Shown: piece after piece, positions 6,511 through 15,322 of the stretch
How the letters are laid out: each line of letters opens with the position of its first letter
How positions within the stretch are numbered: the stretch's first letter is position 1
Source of the DNA: a virus
IMG/VR virus record: IMGVR_UViG_3300014913_000007
Span: 89,390-153,389 of that record
Reading direction: 5' to 3' (one strand)
DNA: 64,000 bases
Made by a program: the position numbers and the translations under genes
The notes under the pieces: generated by a model
Database searches by the model: none
The model's input: only the letters and a program-made list of their open reading frames with translations
What the model was told of the DNA's origin: nothing

Positions 6511-7781
6511 TATATCTTACTCCATAAGTTACATTTATTATTTTTATTTATAGGTATAGGCATTCTATAGTTATTAGAATAATTATACCCCTTATTACAC
6601 GTCTGTGTCAACATTATAAATCCATCAATACTAGTTGAAGTGCTTTTACATTTTGAAAAATAAATATCCAGCCCAAATACTAACGAATTACTCTTAGTAA
6701 TAGATCCTCTCAACCCAACTGACTTAACTTTCTTACTGTTAGTCGGGAATAGTGAAAGGTAAATAGTCTGAAAAGTTGTCTTATCTTGTATTAATAAGAT
6801 TCCATAACCCAAGTTTTGAGCTATAAGTTTTTTTTTCTTAGTTTTGGTTATAAAGTCATACACTATAGAAGCAAAAGCTTCAGGATTTGTGACACTTATA
6901 TCTCCATTAGTTTTCCTAAACTTATCTTTATATACAGTTCTTCTAAGATCTACTTTTTTAATACAATCTTTAATAATCCAAGATAGTGTTTCCTCTATCC
7001 ACTCTAAGGATCCTGAATCTAACGAAACAAATTCGCTGAGTATACTACAATGAGTATCCTTAAGCGTAATAGATTGTTTATACTTTAAATCCTGTTCTAT
7101 CAGTTTTACCTTAAGCCTTTGAATTTGCAGGCTATGTACCTGCTCAATAGATTGATTACTTTTCTGTGGTTGGGTGTTTTTGTCTATACTCGTAAATAAA
7201 TCATTTAAAGTATACTTACTCTCAATATTTCCACCTAATTGTGCTATCTTTTTAAATAACATTCGTGACCAAGATTTCATTACACCTTTAGTTAAAGGAG
7301 ATAACCAGTTCTTATCTGATATATCTAGCTTTAATTTCTTCCAATCATATTCATCAAATATGATTATATTATGTTGTTCACGTAGTGTTTTTAATTTATT
7401 TTTTTGTCCCTGATACAAATCTTCGAATTTTACAGGTACGGTAACGATGTATACTGGTAAATTATTTACAGTTAAATCCTTCAATTTACAAGTTATCTTG
7501 TAAAAAACATGATTATCTAGTGGTATTTCTTTAGTAACTATTGAAGTACGTCTAATCTTTCCATCATCATCTATGTAATTTATGGGCTTATCTACTTTTT
7601 CTTTTCTTGTAAGTATTGTTTTAAGAGGTACTCTCTCTGCTTCCGAGAAAGGTACATCTGCTTGCATTAGGAATTTGAATAGAGAGTCTCTAACTTCTTT
7701 AAAGGATAGCTTTGGTTTGGCTTGACTTTTAGTTATGTCAGGTCTATCTACAGAAGTAGGTGATGCTGTAGTTAAACTCAT
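6510..7781 (-). CDS. Hypothetical basic protein
   Basis: 423-aa ORF with AGGAG RBS and its own promoter. Confidence 0.7.
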   Translation of the reverse strand: MSLTTASPTSVDRPDITKSQAKPKLSFKEVRDSLFKFLMQADVPFSEAERVPLKTILTRKEKVDKPINYIDDDGKIRRTSIVTKEIPLDNHVFYKITCKLKDLTVNNLPVYIVTVPVKFEDLYQGQKNKLKTLREQHNIIIFDEYDWKKLKLDISDKNWLSPLTKGVMKSWSRMLFKKIAQLGGNIESKYTLNDLFTSIDKNTQPQKSNQSIEQVHSLQIQRLKVKLIEQDLKYKQSITLKDTHCSILSEFVSLDSGSLEWIEETLSWIIKDCIKKVDLRRTVYKDKFRKTNGDISVTNPEAFASIVYDFITKTKKKKLIAQNLGYGILLIQDKTTFQTIYLSLFPTNSKKVKSVGLRGSITKSNSLVFGLDIYFSKCKSTSTSIDGFIMLTQTCNKGYNYSNNYRMPIPINKNNKCNLWSKI

Positions 7782-7816
7782 TGATTGCTTGCTCCTAAGT
7801 ATTAAAATACACTTGT

Positions 7817-7845
7817 AGTATATAGGCTATAAGTACAGTTGTCAA
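7817..7845 (-). promoter_or_regulatory. sigma70-type promoter
   Basis: TTGACA-N17-TATACT on the minus strand. Confidence 0.7.
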
Positions 7846-7846
7846 G

Positions 7847-8191
7847 TCAGTCCTTCCTTTTGAATATGAAGGTGAAGGATTCTTCCCCAGTGTCACTTTT
7901 TACACTATCAAAATCTATTTCTAAGTCTTTAAAATAACTTAGTTTATTTTTGGCTAGGAATACTGTAATACCTGTAGATTCGTTAGTAAAAAATAAATGT
8001 TCAGTATCCTCTATACCATCATCTTCTACATGAACCGAGGCTAATTGGAATACTACTCCAGATTCTTCAGTATAATTTACATCTAGTAATATACTTCTTT
8101 CAGCTTTTGGGACGCTATTTTCTTGGTATATACTAATTAACTCTTTTTCTGCTCTCTCTGTAAATATATCTTTTAAAATACTATTATCCAT
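7847..8191 (-). CDS. HesB/IscA-fold-like protein lacking cysteines
   Basis: FTERA..L...ILLDV...G..FQL...D...F...GITVFL...SYF.DLEIDF...F.F pattern. Confidence 0.5.
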   Translation of the reverse strand: MDNSILKDIFTERAEKELISIYQENSVPKAERSILLDVNYTEESGVVFQLASVHVEDDGIEDTEHLFFTNESTGITVFLAKNKLSYFKDLEIDFDSVKSDTGEESFTFIFKRKD

Positions 8192-8216
8192 GTCTTTTCT
8201 CCGTCTTAAATTAAAT

Positions 8217-10550
8217 TTATTTCAACCAGTGTGGTGATTCTTTGCCTTCTACTGCTGCTTTAACAGTTGGACAGTAAAAACTTTCTGCTCTATTCATTTT
8301 CTCTATAACGATCTTTTCAACCTCAGCTGCCTGTGAGTCTATTACCTCCACAATCACTTCATCATGGATTAGTCCTACTAGTTTTGCGTCAAATTCTCCA
8401 GCTTTTATGGCATTTCGTATATCTATCGCAGCTAATTTTGTCATGTCTGCAGCAGTTCCCTGAATATGGTGGTTTCCAGCTTGTCTAGCTATCTCGGACT
8501 CTAATCTGGAAATTACTTTGTCCTTCATGGATCGCATGTTCTTCGCAGTTACTGGTCCTTTTTCTAGTAGCCAGTGCATCTTCATGTCAACTATCCGTCT
8601 CTCTACTCCACTGGGTGAGATTTCGGCCTTTATCCAGTTTATCCTCTCTTTTAGAAAAGTGTAGTATCTCCTTCTTCCCATAATTGTATTGCTGTAGCCA
8701 TACTTATTAGCTAGGAACCCATACCTCTCCATTGCATCTTTCATCACTGAGTATACCTTCCAGTATCTTGATTGAATATCTTGTGCATCCTCTATAGGTA
8801 TGTGCAAAGTTTCTGACACATTCCTAACTCCAGATCCATAGAGAGATCCAAAGTTCAAAGTCTTACCAGCTCCTCGCTGCTTTTTAGCGATCTTGTGTAA
8901 GCCTATGATCTCTGCTTCCTCTACATTGAACTTACTTATTATATCATCTTTTTGTTTCCGCACTTCCACTGGTTCCATGGAATCATCATACTTTGCTAAT
9001 GCATGTAACCTTTCATAATCTTCGTGATACATCTCACTTGCTGCGAAGGAATGTAAATCTTTCCCCTCTTTAAAAGCCGTATGTAGTGCAGGATCTCTGG
9101 TGATATGTGCTGCTATTCGCATCTCTTGTGCGCTGTAATCATAGATTAGAAAAGTATACCCTTCCTTAGCTATGAAGCATTCTCGTAATCCATCTCTATC
9201 CGCTAACTTCTTCACTGTAATTGGGTTTTTTGATTCTTCTAATGTTATTTTCCAATCTATATTGGCTGGCATATTCTGTAAATTAGGTTTAGAGGTACTT
9301 ATCCTACCTGTATTTAAAATCTGTTTAATGTTGTAATGTAGTCTACCTGTCTCTGGATTTACCTGTTGCATTAAAGGTTTACCATATGTACTTATTAGTT
9401 TTGAAGTTTTTCGATATCCTATAAGATTTTTTAATGCGTTGTGTTGATTTGATCCTTCCTCTAAGGCTTTGATAGTATTATCTAAGATATCTGCACCAGT
9501 GCTCTCTACATAAAGTCCTAAACTATTTAGTGCATCCTTGATCTGTGCTGGAGAGTCTGGATTAATAGCTGCATATCCGAATAGAGTATTCTGAGAGGCA
9601 TCATTAGACATGCAACTTAAAAAATCAGATTTATATTCTTTATAATCTTTTTCTACCAGTTGCATAACTTCTGAATGTTTATCAACATCAAAACCTATAC
9701 CATCTAATTCTAATTCTATTACGACTTCTAGAAACTTAAATTCTAAACAAGCAGTATCCCATAAAGTCATTGTTGGTGGAAAGAGTTCCTCATACTGTTC
9801 CCGGACCCTAGGTTCCGAGGCTGAAGTTACCTGATGATCATATAAAGTACTGGGACATGGAATTTGTAATCTTGATAATTGCCAAGTCACTAACTGAAAC
9901 ATTGTATCTTTAGCAACATCGTGTGCTGCATAAGCAAGCTGACCTGGATCAAAGTCAGTATCTTTGTCCATGTTAAGAAACGATTGTTGCATTTTCTTTT
10001 TTGCGGTTTTAGTTTTATTCTCTTCGGAGAAGTTGGATCCTCCCATTAAATCCTTCCTAATGAGAATCAACTCTCTGTCAAATCTCTTCTTAAGGATTGC
10101 GTCTAATGCGAATCCACCCTTATCCTCACCTCTAATTATCATTTCTGCAAGCATGGTATCATACATCCTCTCTATGGAGATTCCCCATTTCACTTTTGCA
10201 AACTTTGCATCGAACTTAATATTATGACCTATTTTCCAACAACTAGTAATAAGAAGTGGTAATATTATATTATAATCTATCTTACGCATGTCAAAAATAT
10301 ATTGATCATTATAAACTGTCCCTATTTGTGCTAGCAATATCTCATCTGTAAAGGGGCTAAAACCTGTTGTCTCTATGTCGAAAGCTATCATGGAGTTTGG
10401 ATCCTTAACTATGCTCTGTAGCTTTCTAACTGCCTCAATTGCGTGTTCATTTTCCGTTATGTAGTAATAATTTACCTCACAGGTTAAGCATAGTGTATCA
10501 CCAGTATGTATGTTGGCCTTAGATGTAGTTACTCTACTTGGGAAGTTCAT
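8217..10550 (-). CDS. polA: Family A DNA polymerase (3'-5' exonuclease + polymerase, no 5' nuclease domain)
   Basis: ExoI DIETTG, ExoII HNIKFD, ExoIII YAAHD; TGRIS..PNLQN; motif A DYSAQEMR; motif B RGAGKTLNFGSLYG; motif C IHDE. Confidence 0.95.
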   Translation of the reverse strand: MNFPSRVTTSKANIHTGDTLCLTCEVNYYYITENEHAIEAVRKLQSIVKDPNSMIAFDIETTGFSPFTDEILLAQIGTVYNDQYIFDMRKIDYNIILPLLITSCWKIGHNIKFDAKFAKVKWGISIERMYDTMLAEMIIRGEDKGGFALDAILKKRFDRELILIRKDLMGGSNFSEENKTKTAKKKMQQSFLNMDKDTDFDPGQLAYAAHDVAKDTMFQLVTWQLSRLQIPCPSTLYDHQVTSASEPRVREQYEELFPPTMTLWDTACLEFKFLEVVIELELDGIGFDVDKHSEVMQLVEKDYKEYKSDFLSCMSNDASQNTLFGYAAINPDSPAQIKDALNSLGLYVESTGADILDNTIKALEEGSNQHNALKNLIGYRKTSKLISTYGKPLMQQVNPETGRLHYNIKQILNTGRISTSKPNLQNMPANIDWKITLEESKNPITVKKLADRDGLRECFIAKEGYTFLIYDYSAQEMRIAAHITRDPALHTAFKEGKDLHSFAASEMYHEDYERLHALAKYDDSMEPVEVRKQKDDIISKFNVEEAEIIGLHKIAKKQRGAGKTLNFGSLYGSGVRNVSETLHIPIEDAQDIQSRYWKVYSVMKDAMERYGFLANKYGYSNTIMGRRRYYTFLKERINWIKAEISPSGVERRIVDMKMHWLLEKGPVTAKNMRSMKDKVISRLESEIARQAGNHHIQGTAADMTKLAAIDIRNAIKAGEFDAKLVGLIHDEVIVEVIDSQAAEVEKIVIEKMNRAESFYCPTVKAAVEGKESPHWLK

Positions 10551-11877
10551 TTTTCTTGACTCCTTTAGAGAAACTAGTTTTAATTGGATCTTCTGATAAG
10601 TTAAAAATCTCCTTTACCTTAGCTATAGCCTGCCCTGTAGTAATATTTTGCTCTCCAGGTGTGAGCTTGCTCTCTTCCTTATCAAACCCTAATAATTCTT
10701 GTGCCCTTTCCTGAAATCGACCATACCTTATATATTTAAACTGGTCTCCAGCTACTTCTCTAATATTTGAGTAAGCTATAGCACGTTTCTCTTTCCGTTT
10801 ATCATACATACTTTTAGCGTTCAGTGGTGTAGTATCTAACACTTTAGGTTCTGATACTATTTGTTCAATTGCCATGTCCCTAGAAATTTCTAACTTTCTT
10901 ACAGGTAAGTACTGCTGTATAAAGTAATCCAAGTTATATCTACTAGACTCATAGGGTATAATTTGTTGAATCTTCTTAGAATCAATAGACATATTTTCTA
11001 TTCTAAGTCTGTTGCTAGGTACTAGTTTGCTGGCAGTCTCTCCATAATATGTTTGAATCTTCTGTACTAATTCAAACAACTTAATGGTATTCCCAGAAGA
11101 TACATTGTAAATTCCTTGTCGCGTCTCTACTACACAATCAACCACGACTTTTGACAAATAATTTACATGAATTAGGTCTATTTCTGTGCTTGGTGAGAAT
11201 ACTTCTATCTCCTCTTCTCTTTTCACAATCTTATCTAAGTAGTAATGAAAATATCCTGGCCAGTAGTTGCTTCTTCTAAATTCGTTATGATGTTTCCTTC
11301 CGTATACTTCAGTAGGTCTAAGGATACAGTAAGGTACCTTTAACATTCCCAATACCTTCTGAACAGTATCTTCTACATACAGTTTCCCTATACCCGTATA
11401 ATTTGCTGGTACTAGTGCGTCACTTTCATTGGAATTCTCAATACCATTTTCGCCATAAACGCTCCAGGAGGATATATACAAAAAGTAAGGTCTAACGTCA
11501 TCATCTTCAAATAAAGGCATAGTGGCGTATGCATTCATTGTATTTACAGCTGCTAAGATTGATTTAGCATCGTTTTCTATATCACCTAGTCCATCTGTAG
11601 GTCCTTCAAATCCAGCAGCATATATTATTACGTCAATGGCTTGAGCAGCAAGAAAGGCTGTAATACCTTCTGAGCTGGTGAGGCTCATGTGTACTTGCTG
11701 TACTACTGCATCATATCCTTCAGTATCTATTGTTACACCGTTAAGTCTCTTATCTAAGGACCATATTCTTACGTTTGATTGATTAGATAGTCTCCTAATA
11801 ATGTTCCTACCAATGAAACCGTTACCGCCTAAAACGGCTATATGAATTTTGTCTCTTATGTGGTGTGATCTAATCAT
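10534..11877 (-). CDS. Extended SDR NAD-dependent epimerase/dehydratase with C-terminal extension
   Basis: VLGGNGFIG, YISSWSVYG, ILRPTEVYG, DLIHV, YNVSSG. Confidence 0.85.
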   Translation of the reverse strand: MIRSHHIRDKIHIAVLGGNGFIGRNIIRRLSNQSNVRIWSLDKRLNGVTIDTEGYDAVVQQVHMSLTSSEGITAFLAAQAIDVIIYAAGFEGPTDGLGDIENDAKSILAAVNTMNAYATMPLFEDDDVRPYFLYISSWSVYGENGIENSNESDALVPANYTGIGKLYVEDTVQKVLGMLKVPYCILRPTEVYGRKHHNEFRRSNYWPGYFHYYLDKIVKREEEIEVFSPSTEIDLIHVNYLSKVVVDCVVETRQGIYNVSSGNTIKLFELVQKIQTYYGETASKLVPSNRLRIENMSIDSKKIQQIIPYESSRYNLDYFIQQYLPVRKLEISRDMAIEQIVSEPKVLDTTPLNAKSMYDKRKEKRAIAYSNIREVAGDQFKYIRYGRFQERAQELLGFDKEESKLTPGEQNITTGQAIAKVKEIFNLSEDPIKTSFSKGVKKNELPK

Positions 11878-11880
11878 ATG

Positions 11881-12177
11881 TTAATCCTTACTATCCTTGC
11901 TATCCTTACTATTCTGACTTATAGCTGAACTAAACGCTTGGTCCCAATTAATTTTCCTTGGATATTTTACTTTGACTCCTTCAAGTGATTTGATTACTTC
12001 TTCTAGTGATTTCCTTCCCCAGTTATAATCACACAAAGTCTCCACTAAAGAGTCCCTAGCGAACCTATTAGTTTCTAATACCAGCATATGTTTAAGTAAT
12101 GCATCTATAGTTTCCTCTAAGGGTTTATTCTTATATTTATATTCTTCTAATATATTCTTATAAAAATCTGTTGACAT
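11881..12177 (-). CDS. Hypothetical protein
   Basis: ORF downstream of a promoter. Confidence 0.6.
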   Translation of the reverse strand: MSTDFYKNILEEYKYKNKPLEETIDALLKHMLVLETNRFARDSLVETLCDYNWGRKSLEEVIKSLEGVKVKYPRKINWDQAFSSAISQNSKDSKDSKD

Positions 12178-12211
12178 ACTTATCCCTATTGAGTTTCCTA
12201 TTAATAACTAC

Positions 12212-12240
12212 ATTATACAGTACTTAAGAATCTTTTACAA
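12212..12240 (-). promoter_or_regulatory. sigma70-type promoter upstream of the epimerase-polA unit
   Basis: TTGTAA-N17-TATAAT. Confidence 0.55.
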
Positions 12241-12564
12241 CCATTTATCAGATAAGCTAAATTTTAGAATATTATCCTCGTAATAACTAAAACCTACTGC
12301 CAATGTCTGATTACCATCATTATTAAGAATAATTCTTAAAGTGATATCTCCCTCCTTATACTTCATACCATTTATAAGGTAGGGGAAAAAGTCTTTAACT
12401 ACATTGTAATGATCTTCGTGCATATTCAAGGTGTTAGGTAGGGTACTAGACTCTTGCATCTCTGTTACAAATGAATTTATAAGATATACCACTAATAAAG
12501 CTAACTCTTTATTAAGATTAAACGTCTCTACATCTAACTGCCTACTGTCGTTAGTTATGTTCAT
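12235..12564 (-). CDS. Hypothetical protein
   Basis: ORF. Confidence 0.6.
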   Translation of the reverse strand: MNITNDSRQLDVETFNLNKELALLVVYLINSFVTEMQESSTLPNTLNMHEDHYNVVKDFFPYLINGMKYKEGDITLRIILNNDGNQTLAVGFSYYEDNILKFSLSDKWL

Positions 12565-12571
12565 AATCTTC

Positions 12572-12811
12572 CTACTTTAAACTAAAACTTTGTACTTTCT
12601 TGGAACTTTTATTAGCAGACTTCTCCACTGACGAAAAATTAAATTTAATTATGCAACAAGTTTGTTCTAAAACGGATCCTACCCATTCTTTATGACAGTG
12701 CATACATTCAATTCCGGGCGTTCTCGCCTTTACAGCAGCTGTTAAATCAAATGGAGTAAATTTCCCACACCCTGAGGCAAAACACCTAAATTGTCTAGTT
12801 CTAACCACCAT
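12572..12811 (-). CDS. Small zinc-ribbon-like protein
   Basis: CFASGC...CMHC. Confidence 0.55.
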   Translation of the reverse strand: MVVRTRQFRCFASGCGKFTPFDLTAAVKARTPGIECMHCHKEWVGSVLEQTCCIIKFNFSSVEKSANKSSKKVQSFSLK

Positions 12812-13931
12812 TATTTAGTACCTGCATAGCTTCTAACTTCTTCTCCCATAAAGGATCGTTTAATTCTGGGTTAGTTTTAAAAAAATTATCAGATAGTTTC
12901 TTAGCGTACCTTCTCTTTAAAGCTTGAGCACTTGCTACGTAACTGATAGCTTTTCCTATCCTGACACTATTTCTACCATCAAAAGTTCCTGGTAAATACT
13001 TAGTAAGTACATAATTTATTTGCCTTTCAGTGTAAGATTTGGTCTCTGTTAAGAATTTATGCTTATCCACCAAAGTACTAATATCTAATAATCCTACTTT
13101 GGAATTAAATTCATTCACATCCTCATCTGCTTTATCTAGTGAAAAATTTGATGTAAGGTTGTTAGAAAGTACACCTACAAGTGTTCCCTCTAAAGTATCT
13201 GAAGTTACTGCTTTACTGTACTCTAAAAAATCAACTTCTGGTACTACATATTCTCCTACTAAATTAGGACTATCTATAAAAACCTTATCTCCAGTACCTA
13301 ATTGACTAACTTCAATATTGTCCTCTATTTCTCCATAAGTATCTCTCAAATATACAAAAATATTTTTGGAATTAAAGTAATTAACTAAGCTATTAATTTC
13401 CTCACAGTCGGAATAAAAATTGTCAAACATTATAGTTACTATTTCTAAAGACTCTTTATTACCTATAGCCTTACAAAATTGATCCCTTGAAAATATTATT
13501 TCTCTTTCCTCTCTGCTCTTAAATCTATCTAACCAAGAATCTCCTGTTATTATTATGGACTCCTCCATCATTCCTTTTCGTAGTAACTCTTGTTTTTGTA
13601 ACACATTTGCACAAAGTATGTAATCTGCAGAATCAATAAATAAATTATAAGCAAAAGAAAGACTGTAGTAAACTGCATCTAAAGTTAATACTACAGGTAT
13701 ACTTTTATTTTTACATTGTAGTACAAACCCATCTAATTCTTTCTTACATATACTGGAATCACAATTAAAACAGGAATATTGGAAAAGAAACATATGTACT
13801 TTAGAATCTAATTTAATATTACCTATAGTCTCTTTAGTTAAGTTTATAATGTCGTACTCGCTGGACACTAAATTATAAGCGTCCTTAAAACTATACTTAT
13901 CTACTAAACTAACGATTTTTCTTTTGCTCAT
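12801..13931 (-). CDS. GT-B-fold protein, UDP-GlcNAc 2-epimerase/glycosyltransferase-like
   Basis: ADYILC...L.RKG...SIIITGDSWLD and FDGRNSVRI resemble the I.VTGN..ID and GDG.AS.RI motifs of the family. Confidence 0.55.
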   Translation of the reverse strand: MSKRKIVSLVDKYSFKDAYNLVSSEYDIINLTKETIGNIKLDSKVHMFLFQYSCFNCDSSICKKELDGFVLQCKNKSIPVVLTLDAVYYSLSFAYNLFIDSADYILCANVLQKQELLRKGMMEESIIITGDSWLDRFKSREEREIIFSRDQFCKAIGNKESLEIVTIMFDNFYSDCEEINSLVNYFNSKNIFVYLRDTYGEIEDNIEVSQLGTGDKVFIDSPNLVGEYVVPEVDFLEYSKAVTSDTLEGTLVGVLSNNLTSNFSLDKADEDVNEFNSKVGLLDISTLVDKHKFLTETKSYTERQINYVLTKYLPGTFDGRNSVRIGKAISYVASAQALKRRYAKKLSDNFFKTNPELNDPLWEKKLEAMQVLNNGG

Positions 13932-14157
13932 ATTCCCTCATCACAAAGCTATGAAGTTCATCCCAATCTACTGGCATTACCTCTGTTGTATTTCTTGTAA
14001 GGTAAGCAGGTATATATCTCTCCCCATCAAATAACATCTCAAGATTTCCATGCTCTCCTTCATAGTATATCTTGTTAGTTATCTTTCTGGTTTGAAACAG
14101 TTTTTTTGCGAACTTTGTTGCTCGGTCTAACTGATATTGATTCTTTATTCTTTCCAT
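13909..14157 (-). CDS. Hypothetical protein
   Basis: ORF bridging two genes. Confidence 0.55.
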   Translation of the reverse strand: MERIKNQYQLDRATKFAKKLFQTRKITNKIYYEGEHGNLEMLFDGERYIPAYLTRNTTEVMPVDWDELHSFVMREYEQKKNR

Positions 14158-15322
14158 TATTTCTTAATCTATTAAATGATTCGTTTAATTCTACAACTAG
14201 ACTATCGCCCACTGATCTATAGGTGCAGTTAGTCTCTAAAAATTGTCTTAAGTTTCTTCCCTTTTCTTTTGCTAATTCTTGGTTTTCATAGCAAAATCTC
14301 ATTTTACTTGTCATGTCCTTCAGGTCCGGTTGTGCCCAGTACTGGTTTGATAAGTACCAGGGCCACTGTTGCATACCTGTAACGGGTCTTAGTGTGTGAT
14401 TATATATGAACCCAGTGTCACTAGTAACATAACTAGCTTGCTCACCAAATGTATTTGTTATAACTGGGTTTTCAAATATTCCAGATTCTAGAATTCCCAG
14501 CCCCAATCCTTCCCCCCTAGAAGGTGAAACGTAGCAATCACATCTCTTGTGAAGACCTAACATTTTTTCTCTAGATAGTAGTTGGTTTACTAGTATAACC
14601 TCTGGAACCTGGGTATACTTACCTTGACTTTGTATTTGCTCTATTACCTCAGAGAGGTATTCAGACTCTTCCTGACTGTGCTTAGCCAAGTAAGTCTTTA
14701 AAACCAAACAAACGTTCTCTCCATTACTAAATTCTGACCAGTAGGCTTGTAACAGATCTTTAAAGTTTTTTCTCTCAGACCACTGTGATATGTAATAAAA
14801 TACATACGTATCATTGCCTATAATTTCGGATGCAGATCTCTTTAGACTTATTGGACTTCCTTGTCCATAGGATTCCAGGTCTATTGGATGATGAAATGTT
14901 TTTAAAGGTACCGTAACTTTAGAGTCCCTAAAAACTTTTCTATTAAAATCTCCAGGTAGCCAGCATTCATCCATCTTGTTTATAATATTCACCCAAGCAG
15001 GATGTAGTAAATCTGTCTCCCAAAGTGTAAAGTTTATACGCAATGCTTTTTTATTAGTATCACCATTGAATACCTTTTCAGCTATTTCGGGAGTTGTCCA
15101 TGAAATAATTGCATCATATTCAATGTCCTTACCTACTAGACTATTTAAAGTGTTACCTATTTCCCCCAAGTCTGGTCCTTTTTCTTCGAACTTAATTGGT
15201 GCTAGTGTAATTGGTATCTTAGTCTCATTCAATGCTAAAATGTAGTTTCTGCTCCACTCAGCATACCCTGATCCATCAAATACAGGTGCTACACATTTTA
15301 TACCTCTAAGCTTCTTATTCAT
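14075..15322 (-). CDS. GT4-family glycosyltransferase
   Basis: GSGYA, WETD, ERKN, CDCYVSPSRGEGLGLGILE, PVI. Confidence 0.9.
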   Translation of the reverse strand: MNKKLRGIKCVAPVFDGSGYAEWSRNYILALNETKIPITLAPIKFEEKGPDLGEIGNTLNSLVGKDIEYDAIISWTTPEIAEKVFNGDTNKKALRINFTLWETDLLHPAWVNIINKMDECWLPGDFNRKVFRDSKVTVPLKTFHHPIDLESYGQGSPISLKRSASEIIGNDTYVFYYISQWSERKNFKDLLQAYWSEFSNGENVCLVLKTYLAKHSQEESEYLSEVIEQIQSQGKYTQVPEVILVNQLLSREKMLGLHKRCDCYVSPSRGEGLGLGILESGIFENPVITNTFGEQASYVTSDTGFIYNHTLRPVTGMQQWPWYLSNQYWAQPDLKDMTSKMRFCYENQELAKEKGRNLRQFLETNCTYRSVGDSLVVELNESFNRLRNNGKNKESISVRPSNKVRKKTVSNQKDN

